Made by a program: the position numbers and the translations under genes. The notes under the pieces were generated by a model, which saw nothing but the letters and a program-made list of their open reading frames with translations, was not told the origin of the DNA and did no database searches. DNA of 64,000 nucleotides from Caenispirillum bisanense (GTDB taxonomy: Bacteria > Pseudomonadota > Alphaproteobacteria > Rhodospirillales > UBA2165), in contig CAMDWJ010000016.1 of the NCBI GenBank assembly GCA_945877815.1, forward strand, positions 7,516 through 71,515, given 5' to 3'. This document shows positions 1-11,300 of the stretch, piece after piece (the stretch's first letter is position 1; each line of letters opens with the position of its first letter).

Positions 1-119
1 AAACATGTCCTGAACTAACATTGCGCCCGGACCGCTCAGTGGGGGCCGGTCACGCTAGCAGGTCTTGCAGTTGATATTGTGAAGGCGAGATAATCAACTT
101 TGCGTTTTGAAAGACCGAA

Positions 120-1295
120 ATGACCAAGCCGAGAATTATAGTCATTGGAGGGGGCATAGGAGGCCTGTTCGCGACGAATGCACTTCTCAAACACGGTTGT
201 GCTGTATCCATTTATGAGCAGGCCCCTGCTCTGGGTGAGATCGGTGCAGGGGTTTACATTACGCCCAATAGCGTTCGCCATATGGAACGCGTCGGACTGG
301 GCGATGCGGTGCGAAGCTGGGGCGCTCCGGTCGGGGATAAATCTTATTATTTCCGACATGATGGTGCGCCGATTGCGCCGGTGCAAGTGACAGACAGCTC
401 AGGCTGGGCGGCAAATTACGGCATGCATCGCGCCGACATTGTGAACTTCCTGGCGGCAGGCATACCAGATGGCGTTGTCCATTGTGGTCATCGCGCCATT
501 GAATTTGCACAAGATGAGCAAGGCGCCAGAGTAAAATTTTCGAATGGCGTGATCGCAGAAGCGGACGTTGTCATCGCCGCAGATGGAATCCATTCAAATT
601 TGGGTCCGTATGTTTCTCCGCCGTCAAAACCCGTCTTTCATGGCACAATCGCCTACCGGGGGTTGGTGTCCGCCGATCGCTTACCCGATTGGCCCATGGA
701 TCGCTGGGAAATGTGGGTCGGTCCTTCCAAACATTTTCTCGTCTTTCCGGTTCGTCACGGCACGATGGTGAATTACGTCGGGTTTGTGCCGACCGATGAG
801 CAAATGAAGGAAAGTTGGTCTGCCCCGGGAGATCCCAACACGTTGCGTGCTGAATTCGAAGGATGGGATCCGCGGATCGGAGCCGTATTATCCCACGTCG
901 ACCAGTGCTTCCGGTGGGCGTTATATGATCGTGAACCTTTACCCACGTGGACGAACCAACGCTTGGCGTTGCTCGGCGATGCTGCCCACCCCATGTTGCC
1001 GCATTTGGGGCAGGGGGCGAATCAAGCGATCGAAGATGGGATGGCTTTAGCGACGATCTTGTCTGAATCCGCGGACATTCTTGGGGCCTTACGGATATAC
1101 GAGAAATTACGCCGCCAGCGCGTCGCGGAGATTCAACTGGGCGCGCGCTTGAACGGTCTGCGAGTCGATTCAATGTCGGGATACTCGGATCTGAAAAAGC
1201 GCGATGAGGAATTGGCTGCGCATGCGGACTTCCGCGCGCACCTCTATGCCTATGACGTTGTGCCGTTTGCTAAGGCTGCTTTAAGGACGGCCTAG
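120..1295 (+). CDS. FAD-dependent monooxygenase (class A flavoprotein, salicylate hydroxylase / NicC-like)
   Basis: GxGxxG (IGGGIGG), DG motif (IAADGIHS), GD motif (LLGDAAHPMLPHLGQGANQAIEDG). Confidence 0.9.
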   Translation: MTKPRIIVIGGGIGGLFATNALLKHGCAVSIYEQAPALGEIGAGVYITPNSVRHMERVGLGDAVRSWGAPVGDKSYYFRHDGAPIAPVQVTDSSGWAANYGMHRADIVNFLAAGIPDGVVHCGHRAIEFAQDEQGARVKFSNGVIAEADVVIAADGIHSNLGPYVSPPSKPVFHGTIAYRGLVSADRLPDWPMDRWEMWVGPSKHFLVFPVRHGTMVNYVGFVPTDEQMKESWSAPGDPNTLRAEFEGWDPRIGAVLSHVDQCFRWALYDREPLPTWTNQRLALLGDAAHPMLPHLGQGANQAIEDGMALATILSESADILGALRIYEKLRRQRVAEIQLGARLNGLRVDSMSGYSDLKKRDEELAAHADFRAHLYAYDVVPFAKAALRTA

Positions 1296-1486
1296 TAAAA
1301 AGTCGCTTTCTATAGTCCTGCCAATTGCTCAAGTGAGTGTAATCGCGACCGAGCGAATTAGTGCCCTTTCAACACCAGTCGGACGACCGAGTGTGAAATC
1401 GGTCACTGTGGCGAAAGCTCTGATCGATCCCTGCAACCAACGAGGCCCGCTTCGTCGACCCGAATCATGTTCCCCGTCAGCACCTA

Positions 1487-1860
1487 TGGCACAGATTTGA
1501 GGTAGTGATTTAAGGAGAATTTGGGTCTCGTCATAGTGACGAAGGAACGAAGATGAGACCCAAATCCTCTATCCCCAAAAGGCCTGCTGAACAGGTGGTG
1601 AAGGACATCCGCCGGGCAACGCGGCGGCATTTCTCGGCTGAAGACAAGATTAGGATCGTGCTGGAGGGCCTGCGCGGCGAGGACAGCATTGCCGAGTTGT
1701 GCCGCAAGGAAGGGATCGCCCATACACCTGGTCGAAGGAGTTCATGGAGGCTGGCAAGCGCCGGCTTGCCGGTGACACTGCCCGTGCGACCACCACCGGC
1801 GCGGTGCAAGACCTGCGCTGGGAGGCCTGTGCCCGGCCGGACGTGCTGCCGACTTTAGAT
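1487..1860 (+). mobile_element. IS3-family insertion sequence remnant (left end plus decayed orfA; no orfB or right end)
   Basis: Begins TGGCACAGATTTGAGG (IS3-type TG end); orfA sequence KDIRRATRRHFSAEDKIRIVLEGLRGEDSIAELCRKEGI; continuation YTWSKEFMEAGKRRLAGDTARA is in another frame. End coordinate approximate. Confidence 0.8.
1553..1858 (+). pseudogene. IS3 transposase OrfA, frameshifted and truncated
   Basis: HTH-type OrfA N-terminus in the 1553 frame; frameshift near 1720-1725; similarity fades near 1850. Confidence 0.8.
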
Positions 1861-2123
1861 GACCTGCACGGACATATTTTCTTGACGCCTAATATAGCAA
1901 TTAGGTCCAGGTTCGGGCCCATACCAAATGGACTGAGTGTAAATCCTATCCCTAGATTCTGCGAATTGCGAATTTGGTCGTAGCGCTTGTGTCTCTCCAC
2001 AATCGAAAAATAATAATTCATTTCTTATACTTACGCTATTTTCCCCAAAATGGGTTTGGTGGAGGCTGTGGTTGCGAGCTTTGAGTGTTATATTATAGCT
2101 ATATATATTTCGATGCTGGTATC

Positions 2124-2140
2124 TTGGCACGGGTATTGCT
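2124..2140 (+). promoter_or_regulatory. sigma54 (RpoN) -24/-12 promoter upstream of the giant repeat gene
   Basis: TTGGCACGGGTATTGCT matches TGGCACG-N4-TTGCW; GG at 2126-2127 and GC at 2138-2139 are exactly 10 nt apart; lies in an AT-rich intergenic tract and points toward 2352. Confidence 0.8.
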
Positions 2141-2351
2141 TTGAGATCCAATCAACGATCGAATGCAATCGAGATCATATCTATTAGGCGCTATAAGGTC
2201 ATATGCTGTGATAATCGTTATATATTGTGATTAAAAGCATACGTAACGGTTCATAAGAATTCTCCTGTAGATTAGCGCTCACGGGCGAAGTTCGAAGGTG
2301 GGGCCGGAGTGCCCCATGACGACTAACGGCTAGAAGGGCTGTATTTTTATA

Positions 2352-5300
2352 ATGGCTATTTCGTCGCTTACAGTTACGCAGATCAGCGCTCTGTCGGCGA
2401 CCGTCATCGAGAGTCTGACGACGACGGAGATAGCCACGTTAAGCGCCACCCAGGTCGGCGCGATCAATACCAGCGGCATCGCGGTCATCGATGCGACCCA
2501 ACTTGCCGCCCTGTCGACCACCCAGGTTAGAGCTCTGTCAACGGCCCAGGTCTCCGGCTTTCAAGGCAGTCTGGCGTTTAGCGCGGCCCAACTGGCGGTT
2601 CTGAGCGACCAACAGTTCGGGGCCTTGACCACCTCTCAACTCGACTCCTTCGACACAAGCCACATCGCGGCCGTCAGCACGACGCAACTCGCGGCTCTCT
2701 CCACTACGAAATTCGACTCTCTCGATGCTGTTCAGATCGACGCTCTGAGCACCACGCAGATCGGTGGCGTCACGGTGACGCAGATCGCAGGATTGAGCAC
2801 GACGGATGCGCTCGAGTTCAACGCGACGCAGATCGGCGCTTTGAGCACGACTCAGCTGCGCGCGGTGTCAGCGACGAACCTGTCGGCGTTGGACGAGACG
2901 CAAGCTGTCGGCCTGACGGCGACGCAGGTCGGTGCTCTGACGACGACGCAGGTCGTGGGCCTGTCTGGAACTGATCTTGGCGAGTTGGGCACGACGCAGC
3001 TTGGCGCGCTGAGCACGACGCAGTTGCGCGCGCTGACCACGACGAGCTTCTCCGGGCTCGGCGAGACCGCGATCGCGGCCCTGACGACAACGCAGCTGCG
3101 TGGGCTTACGGCGACGCATTTCGTCGGCTTGAAAACGACGGACGCGGTGGAATTCACCTCGACGCAAATCGGCGCGCTGACAACGACGCAGCTGGGCTCT
3201 TTAACGACCACGAACCTCAATGCCCTGACGACAACGCAGATAGACGCCCTGACGACCGCGCAACTGGTCTCGCTGTCCACGACAAATCTGTCGGCGTTCG
3301 ATGCGACGCAGGTTGCCAAACTGAGCACCACCCAGATCGGCGTTCTGTCGACGACGCAACTGCGCGCGCTTTCGACAACGGACTTCGTCGAGCTGACTAC
3401 GACCCAATTGGGAGCGCTGACGGCAACGCAGCTAAGTTCGCTATCGACCACGAATTTTGCGTCCATTGATGCGACCACGATTGGAGCTTTGACGACGACG
3501 CAGCTGCGCGGCGTGACCACGACGCAGTTGGGCAGCCTGAGCACGACCGACGCGCTCGAGTTTACCTCGACGCAGGTCGGTGCGCTGAGCACGACTCAGT
3601 TGCGCGCCTTGACGGCGGCGAGCCTGTCGGCTCTGGACGAGACTCAATCGGTCGGACTGACGACCACGCAGATCGGTGCTTTGACGACGACGCAGATTTC
3701 GGGCCTGACGGGCACCGACCTCGGCGAGTTGAACACGACGCAACTGGGTGCTTTGAGCAGTACGCAGGTCGGACTTCTGACATCGACGAATTTCTCGGGT
3801 CTCAGCGAGACCACGGTTGGCGCTTTGACGACGACACAGCTGCGTGGCGTGACCGTGACGCAACTGGGCGGCTTGAATACGACGGACGCGGTCGAGTTCA
3901 CTTCAACGCAGGTCGGCGCGCTGACAACGACGCAGCTGGGCGCTCTGACGACGACGAACTTGAATGCGTTGACGACGACGCAGATCGGCGGGCTGAGCAC
4001 GACGCAGCTGGTCTCCCTGACGACGACCAGGCTGTCGGCGTTCGATGCGACTCAGGTTGCCGAACTGAGCACGACGCAGATCCGCGGATTGACGACAACG
4101 CAGATGCGTTCGCTGTCGACCACGGATTTTGCCGAGATTACAACGACCCAACTGGGGGCGCTGTCGGCGGCACAGCTGGGCGTTCTGTCGACCACCAATT
4201 TGTCGTCCATCGACGCGACGACGATCGCAACGCTGAGCACGACGCAATTCGGCGGCGTGACGACGACACAAATCGCATCGCTGAGCACGACGGACGCACT
4301 CGAATTCACCTCGACTCAACTCGGCTCTCTTAGCACGACGCAACTGCGCGCCTTGGCTGCGACGAACCTGTCGGCGCTGGATGAGACGCAGGTCGTCGGC
4401 CTGACGACGACGCAGGTCGATAGCTTGACGACGACGCAGGCTGCCGGTCTGACGGGCACGGATCTAGGTGAATTGAACACGACACAGTTGGGTGCCTTGA
4501 GCACGACGCAACTGCGCGCGCTGACCACGACGAATTTCTCGGGTCTCAGCGTGACAACGATCGTCGCTTTGACGACGACACAGCTGCGCGGCGTGACGGT
4601 GACGCAGCTGGGTGCCTTGAGCACGACGGATGCGCTCGAATTTACCGCGACGCAGATCGGTGCGCTGACGACGACGCAGGTGGGCGCGCTGACCTCGACC
4701 AACCTAAGCGCCCTGACGACGACCAAGCTCGTCGGTGTGACGACGACGCAGATCGCTTCTTTGACGACGACGCAGGTTTCAGGCCTGACGGGAACCGATC
4801 TCGGTAATCTGACGACGACGCAATTGGGTGCCTTGAGCACGACGCAGCTGCGTGTGCTGACCATGACGAATTTCTCGAGCATCAGCGAGACCACGATAGC
4901 AGCCTTGACGACGACGCAGTTGCGCGGCGTGACCGTGATTCAACTGGGCGGCCTGAGCACGACGGACGCGATCGAGTTCACCTCGACCCAGGTCAGCGCT
5001 TTGACGACGACGCAGCTGGCCGCTCTTACCACGACGAATCTCAATGCCCTGACCACGACGCAGATAGACGGTCTGACAACAACGCAAATAAGTTCTTTGA
5101 CGACGGCAAGGCTGTCGGCGTTCGACGCGACGCAGATCGGCCAGCTGAGAACGACTCAGATCGGCGGTCTGACGACGACGCAGCTGAGTTCTCTGTCGAC
5201 CACGGATTTCGCGGAAATCACGACGACGCAACTGGGCGCACTGACCTCGACGCAATTAGGGGTTCTGTCGACGACCAACCTGTCGTCCATTGACGCAACC

Positions 5301-8300
5301 ACGATCGCCAGGTTGAGCACGACGCAGCTGCGCGGACTCACCGTCACGCAACTCGCCAGCCTGAGCACGACCGACGCGCTTGAATTCACCTCGACGCAGC
5401 TGGGTGCGTTGACGACGACGCAATTGCGCGCTTTCTCGGCGGCAAACCTGTCGGTGTTGGATGAGACGCAGTCGGTCGGCCTGACGACCACGCAGATCGG
5501 TGCCTTTACGACAACGCAGGTGGTGGGCCTGACGGGAACGGATCTGGGCGAGCTGAACACCACGCAGCTTGGTGCTTTGAGCAGTACGCAGATCGGTCTT
5601 TTGACCACGACGAATTTCTCTGGTCTCAGCGAAACCACGGTCGGGACTTTGACGACGACGCAACTGCGCGGCGTCACTGTGACGCAGTTGGGTAGTCTGA
5701 ACACGACGGACGCGGTTGAGTTCACCTCGACGCAGATCGGCGCCTTGACGACGACGCATTTGGCGGCGCTGACGACGACGAACCTGAATGCGCTGACGAC
5801 GACGCAGATCGGCGGGTTAAGTACGACCCAGCTGCGCTCCCTGTCGGCGACGAACCTATCGGCGTTCGGTGCGACGCAGATCGGCCAGTTGAGTACGACG
5901 CAAATCGGCGGTTTGACGACGACGCAGCTCGGACCTCTGTCGAGCACCGACTTCTTGGAATTCACGACGACGCAATTGGTCGCTTTGACCTCGACGCAAT
6001 TGGGCGTGCTGTCGGGCACGAACCTGTCTTCGATTGATGCGACCACAATCGCGGCATTGAGCACGACGCAGCTGCGCGGCCTCACCGTTACGCAGTTCGG
6101 CGGTCTTAACACGACGGATGCGCTCGAATTTACCTCGACGCAGATCGGCTCCCTGAGCACGACTCAGCTACGTGCGGTTACGGCCGCGAGCCTGTCGGCG
6201 CTGGACGTAACCCAGGCGGTCGGTCTGACAACCACGCAGGTCGGCGCTTTGACCACAACGCAAGTCAATGGCCTGACGGGCACTGACTTAGGCGAGCTGA
6301 ACACGACGCAACTTGTTGCGCTGAGGAGTACGCAGATCGGTGTTCTGACCTCGACGAGTTTCTCGGGTCTAACCGAGACCGCAGTCGGCGCCCTGACGAC
6401 GACACAGCTGCGTGGCGTAACGGTCACACAACTCGGCGGTCTGACGACGACGGACGTCGTCGAGTTCACCTCGACGCAGGTCGGCGCGCTGATGACGCAG
6501 CAGCTGGCTGCGCTGACGACGACGAATCTGAATGCACTGACGACCACCCAGATCGGCGGTCTGACGACGACCCAGCTGGTCTCCTTGTCGACCACGAATC
6601 TGTCGGCGTTCGATGCGACGCAGATCGGTCAGCTGAGCACCACCCAGATCGGCGCCTTGACGACGACGCAGTTTGGTTCTCTGTCGACCACTGACTTCGT
6701 CGAATTCACGACGACGCAGTTGGGTGTGCTCACGGCAACGCAAATAAGCTCGCTGTCGACCACGAATCTGTCGTCCGTCGCGGGGACTACGATTGCGGCC
6801 TTGAGCACGACGCAGCTGCGCGGAATTACGACGACGCAGATCGGCGGCCTAACGACGACCGACGCGCTCGAATTCACCTCAACGCAGATCGACGCCCTAA
6901 CGGCAACGCAGCTGCGTGCCTTTTCGGGAACGAACCTGTCGGCGCTGGACGCCACGCAGGTCGTTGGCCTGACGACCACGCAAATCGCGATCGTGACGAC
7001 GACGCAAATTTCTGGTCTGAAGGGGACCGACCTGGGCGAGTTGGACACGACTCAGCTGGGTGCGATGAGTACCACGCAGCTACGCGCGCTGACCACGACA
7101 AGCTTCTCTGAACTCAGCGCGACCACGATCGCGGCCCTGACGACGACGCAAGTGCGCGGCGTTACGGCGACGCAGTTGAGCGCCTTGACCACGACGGACG
7201 CAGTCGAATTCACCTCGACACAGATCGAGGCGCTGACGGTCACCCAGCTGGGTTCCCTGACGACGACCAACCTGAATGCCCTGACGATAACCCAGCTCGA
7301 CGGCCTGACGACGACGCAGCTGGGCTCTCTGACGGCGACGAACCTGTCGGCGTTTGGTGCGACGCAAGTAAGCGAACTGAGCACGACCCAGGTCGGCGGC
7401 TTGACCACGACGCAGCTGGGGGCGTTGAACAGGATAGACTTTGGTGAGTTCACAACGACTCAGCTTGGCGCGCTGACGGCGACGCAGCTTGGGGCGCTGT
7501 CGGCCACCAATCTGTCCTCCATCGACGCGACCGCGGTCGCGATCTTGAGCACGACGCAGATCGGCGGCGTGACGGTGACGCAGATCGCCGGCTTGACCAC
7601 GACGGACGCACTCGAATTCTCCGTGACGCAGATTGGTGCGCTGAGCACGACGCAGCTGCGCGCCGTATCGGTGACGAACCTGTCGGCGTTCGATGCGACA
7701 CAGATCGGCGCTTTGAGCACGTCGCAGATCGTGACGCTGACGACGACGCAGCTGGCGTCTTTGTCGACCACCGACTTCGCCGAATTCACGACGACGCAGG
7801 TGATCGGCCTGACCGCGACGCAGCTGGGGGCGTTGTCGACCAGCAATCTGTCGGCTATTGACGCAGCAACGTTTGTCGAACTCAACACGACGCAGTTGCG
7901 AGGCGTCACTGTTACGCAATTGGGGGCGCTCACCACGACGGACGCGCTCGAATTCTCCTGGACCCAGTTAGGCGCGTTGAGCACTACGCAGCTGCGCGCC
8001 CTGACGGCGACAAACGTGTCGACGCTGGACGAAACGCAAATCGATGGACTGACGACCACTCAGGTTGGGGCTTTGACGATTACGCAGGTGGCCGGCCTGA
8101 CGGGCGTGGACGTCGCCGAATTCGATACAACCCAGCTTGGCGCGTTGAACAGCACGCAGATCGGAGCTCTGACCACCACCAATTTCTCCGATCTCGGCGA
8201 AACCTCGATCACGGCGCTGAACACGACCCAGCTGCGCGGCATAACGGTAACGCAAATCCAAGGTCTGACGACGACGGACGCGATCGAGTTCACCTCGACG

Positions 8301-11300
8301 CAGATCGCCGCACTCACAACGACGCAGCTGCGCGCTTTGACGACGACGAATTTCTCTGAACTGGTCTCGACTCAGGCGGTGGCCTTGACGACCACGCAGA
8401 TCGGCGCCTTGACGATAACGCAGGTTTCGGCGCTGTCGACCACGAACCTATCGGCGATTGATGCGACGCAGATCGGCGGATTGACGACCAGCCAGGTGCG
8501 CGCCTTGACGACGACGCAGCTGGCGTCTTTGTCGACCACGGACTTCGCGGATTTCGCGACCACCCAACTCGTCGCTCTGACCTCGACCCAAATTGGAGCG
8601 CTGTCGACAAGCAATTTCTCCTTCATCGATGCGACCACGGTCGCGGCATTGAGCACGACGCAACTGCGCGGCCTGACGACGACGCAGATCGATAGTCTGA
8701 ATACGACGGATACGCTGGAATTCACCTCGGCGCAGATCGGTAGCCTGACGACGACGCAGCTGACTTCCTTGTCGGCGACGAACCTGTCGGTTCTGGACGC
8801 GACGCAGGTTGCGGGCCTGACTGTAACTCAGGTGCGAGCCTTGACGACGACGCAGGTCGTCGAACTGACCGCCACGGATGTGGCCGATCTCTCGGCAACC
8901 CAGGTTGGTGCGCTGACAACGACGCAGATCGATGCTCTTTCGACGACGACGATCGCCAATATCGCGGAAACGACCGTCGACGGACTGTCGGCAACCCAGA
9001 TCGGTGGGCTGAACACGACGCAGCTGGGCGCGCTGACGACGACGAGACTGTCGACCTTCGACGAAACGCAGATCGGCGGGCTGACGACCACTCAGATCGA
9101 GGGGCTGAGCACGACGCATCTGACGTCGTTGTCGACGACGAATTTTTTGGCGTTCAACGTGACGCAGATCGCCGGACTGAGCACGACCCAGATCGGGGGG
9201 ATCAACCTCACGCAGATCGGCTCGCTGGCCACGACGGATGCGCTCGAATTCACCTCGACGCAGGTGGGCGCGTTGAGCACGACGCAGCTGCGCGCTGTAT
9301 CGGCGACGAATATGTCGGTGCTGACTGCGACGCAAGCCAGCGGACTGACGGAGACGCAGATTGCGGCCTTGACCACTACGCAGATCGGCGAACTTACGGC
9401 CACCGATATCGGCGAGCTCTCGACAACCCAGATTTCTGCGCTGACCACCACTCAAATCGAAGCGGTCGCAACGGCGACCATCGCCAATATTACGATCACA
9501 AGCCTCAGTGGGCTGACCGAGACCCATATTACTGCCCTAACGACGACGCAGATCGACAGCCTGACGACCACCAATGTTGTGGCGCTGACGACGACCCAGA
9601 TCACCGGACTGAGCACGACTCAAGTGGTCGTGCTGACGACATCGCAGTTGTCGGCGCTAAGCGCGACGCAAGCAGCCGAGTTGAACACGACGCAGATCAG
9701 CGGTCTGACGACGACGCAACTCGGAACGCTGTCGAGCGACGATTTCGCGGAATTCACGACCACGCAAGTGGACGTTCTGACCGCGACCCAATTGGGGTCG
9801 TTGTCGGCGACGAACCTGTCCGCCATCGGCGCGGCCACGGTCGCGGAATTCAGCACGACGCAGATCGGCGGGCTTACCGTCACTCAGATCGGCGCTTTGA
9901 GCACGACGGACGCGGTTGAATTCACCTCGACGCAGGTCGGTTCGCTGACGACGACGCAATTGCGGGCCTTGACGGCGGCGAACCTGTCGGCGCTGGCTTC
10001 GACGCAGATCGACGGCCTGACCACGACGCAGGTCTCGGTCTTGACCGTGACGCAGCTCGGCGGCCTGACCACGACCGATGCGCTCGAATTCACCGCGGCG
10101 CAGATCGGGGCCTTGACGACGACACAGTTGCGCAGTTTGTCGGCGGAGAACGTGTCGGCGCTGAACGAGACCCAGGCGGTTGGCCTGACGGAAACCCAAG
10201 TCGGCGCGGTGACGGTGACGCAGGTCGCCGGCCTGACGGGCACCGACCTCGGCGAATTGAACACGACCCAGCTCGGCGCGCTGACCAGCACGCAGCTGCG
10301 CGCATTGACCACGACGAGCTTCTCCGAACTCAGCGCGACCACGGTGACGGCACTCAACACGACGCAACTTGGCGGTGTGACGGTCACGCAGATCGGCGCC
10401 CTGAATACGACGGACGCGATTGAATTCACCTCGACGCAGATCGGCGCGCTCTCGACAACGCAGTTGCGTTCCTTGTCGGCGACGAACCTGTCGGCGCTTG
10501 ATGCGGCGCAGTCCGTCGGGCTGACGATCACGCAGATCGGCGCCTTGACGGTGACTCAGGCGGCCGGCCTAACGGGAACCGATCTCGGGGATCTGAACAC
10601 GACCCAGCTTGGCGGGCTGACCAGCACGCAGATCGGCGTGCTGACGTCTACGAACTTTGCCGGCCTCGGCGCGGCCACGATTGGCGCTCTGACGACGACG
10701 CAACTGCACGGCGCGACAACGACGCAGATCGACGTATTGAACGTGACGCAGATCGGTGCTTTGACGACGACGCAGCTCGGCGGCGTGAGCACGACGCAGC
10801 TACGCGCGCTGTCGACGACGAACCTGTCTGCGCTCGATCCAGGGCAGTTCAGCTCATTGTCGACGACCCAGATCGTTGGGCTGACGACGACGCAGCTCGG
10901 TTCGCTGTCGAACTCCGACTTCGTGGAACTTACGACGACGCAGTTGCGCACCTTGACGGCCACGCAGCTGGGTTCGCTGTCGACCACGAATATATCCTCG
11001 ATTGACGCAGCCACGATCGCAACGCTGAGCACGACGCAACTCGCCGGATTCACTGTCACGCAGCTCGGCAGTCTGGACGCTGTCGATGCGGCCGAGTTCA
11101 CCTCGACGCAAATCGGCGCGCTGAGTACGACCCAACTGCGTGCCCTGTCGTCGACCGGCCTGTCGGCGCTGAGTGCGGTGCAGTCGGCCGGTCTGACGAG
11201 CACGCAGATCGGCGCTTTGACAACGACGCAGGTGGCCGGTCTCGCGGGCGCCGATCTCGAGGAGTTGAATACGACCCAGCTTGGCGGGTTGACCAGCACG

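Noticed and set aside
1699-1983. Separate 94-aa gene
   Set aside because: It is the out-of-frame continuation of the IS3 orfA pseudogene running into intergenic DNA.
2270-2330. Possible c-di-GMP riboswitch in the leader of the giant gene
   Set aside because: GGGCGAAG..TTCGAAGG..GGGG is only loosely reminiscent; the GGCAAA/GAAA/GACGCAAAGC core is missing. An Rfam scan would settle it.
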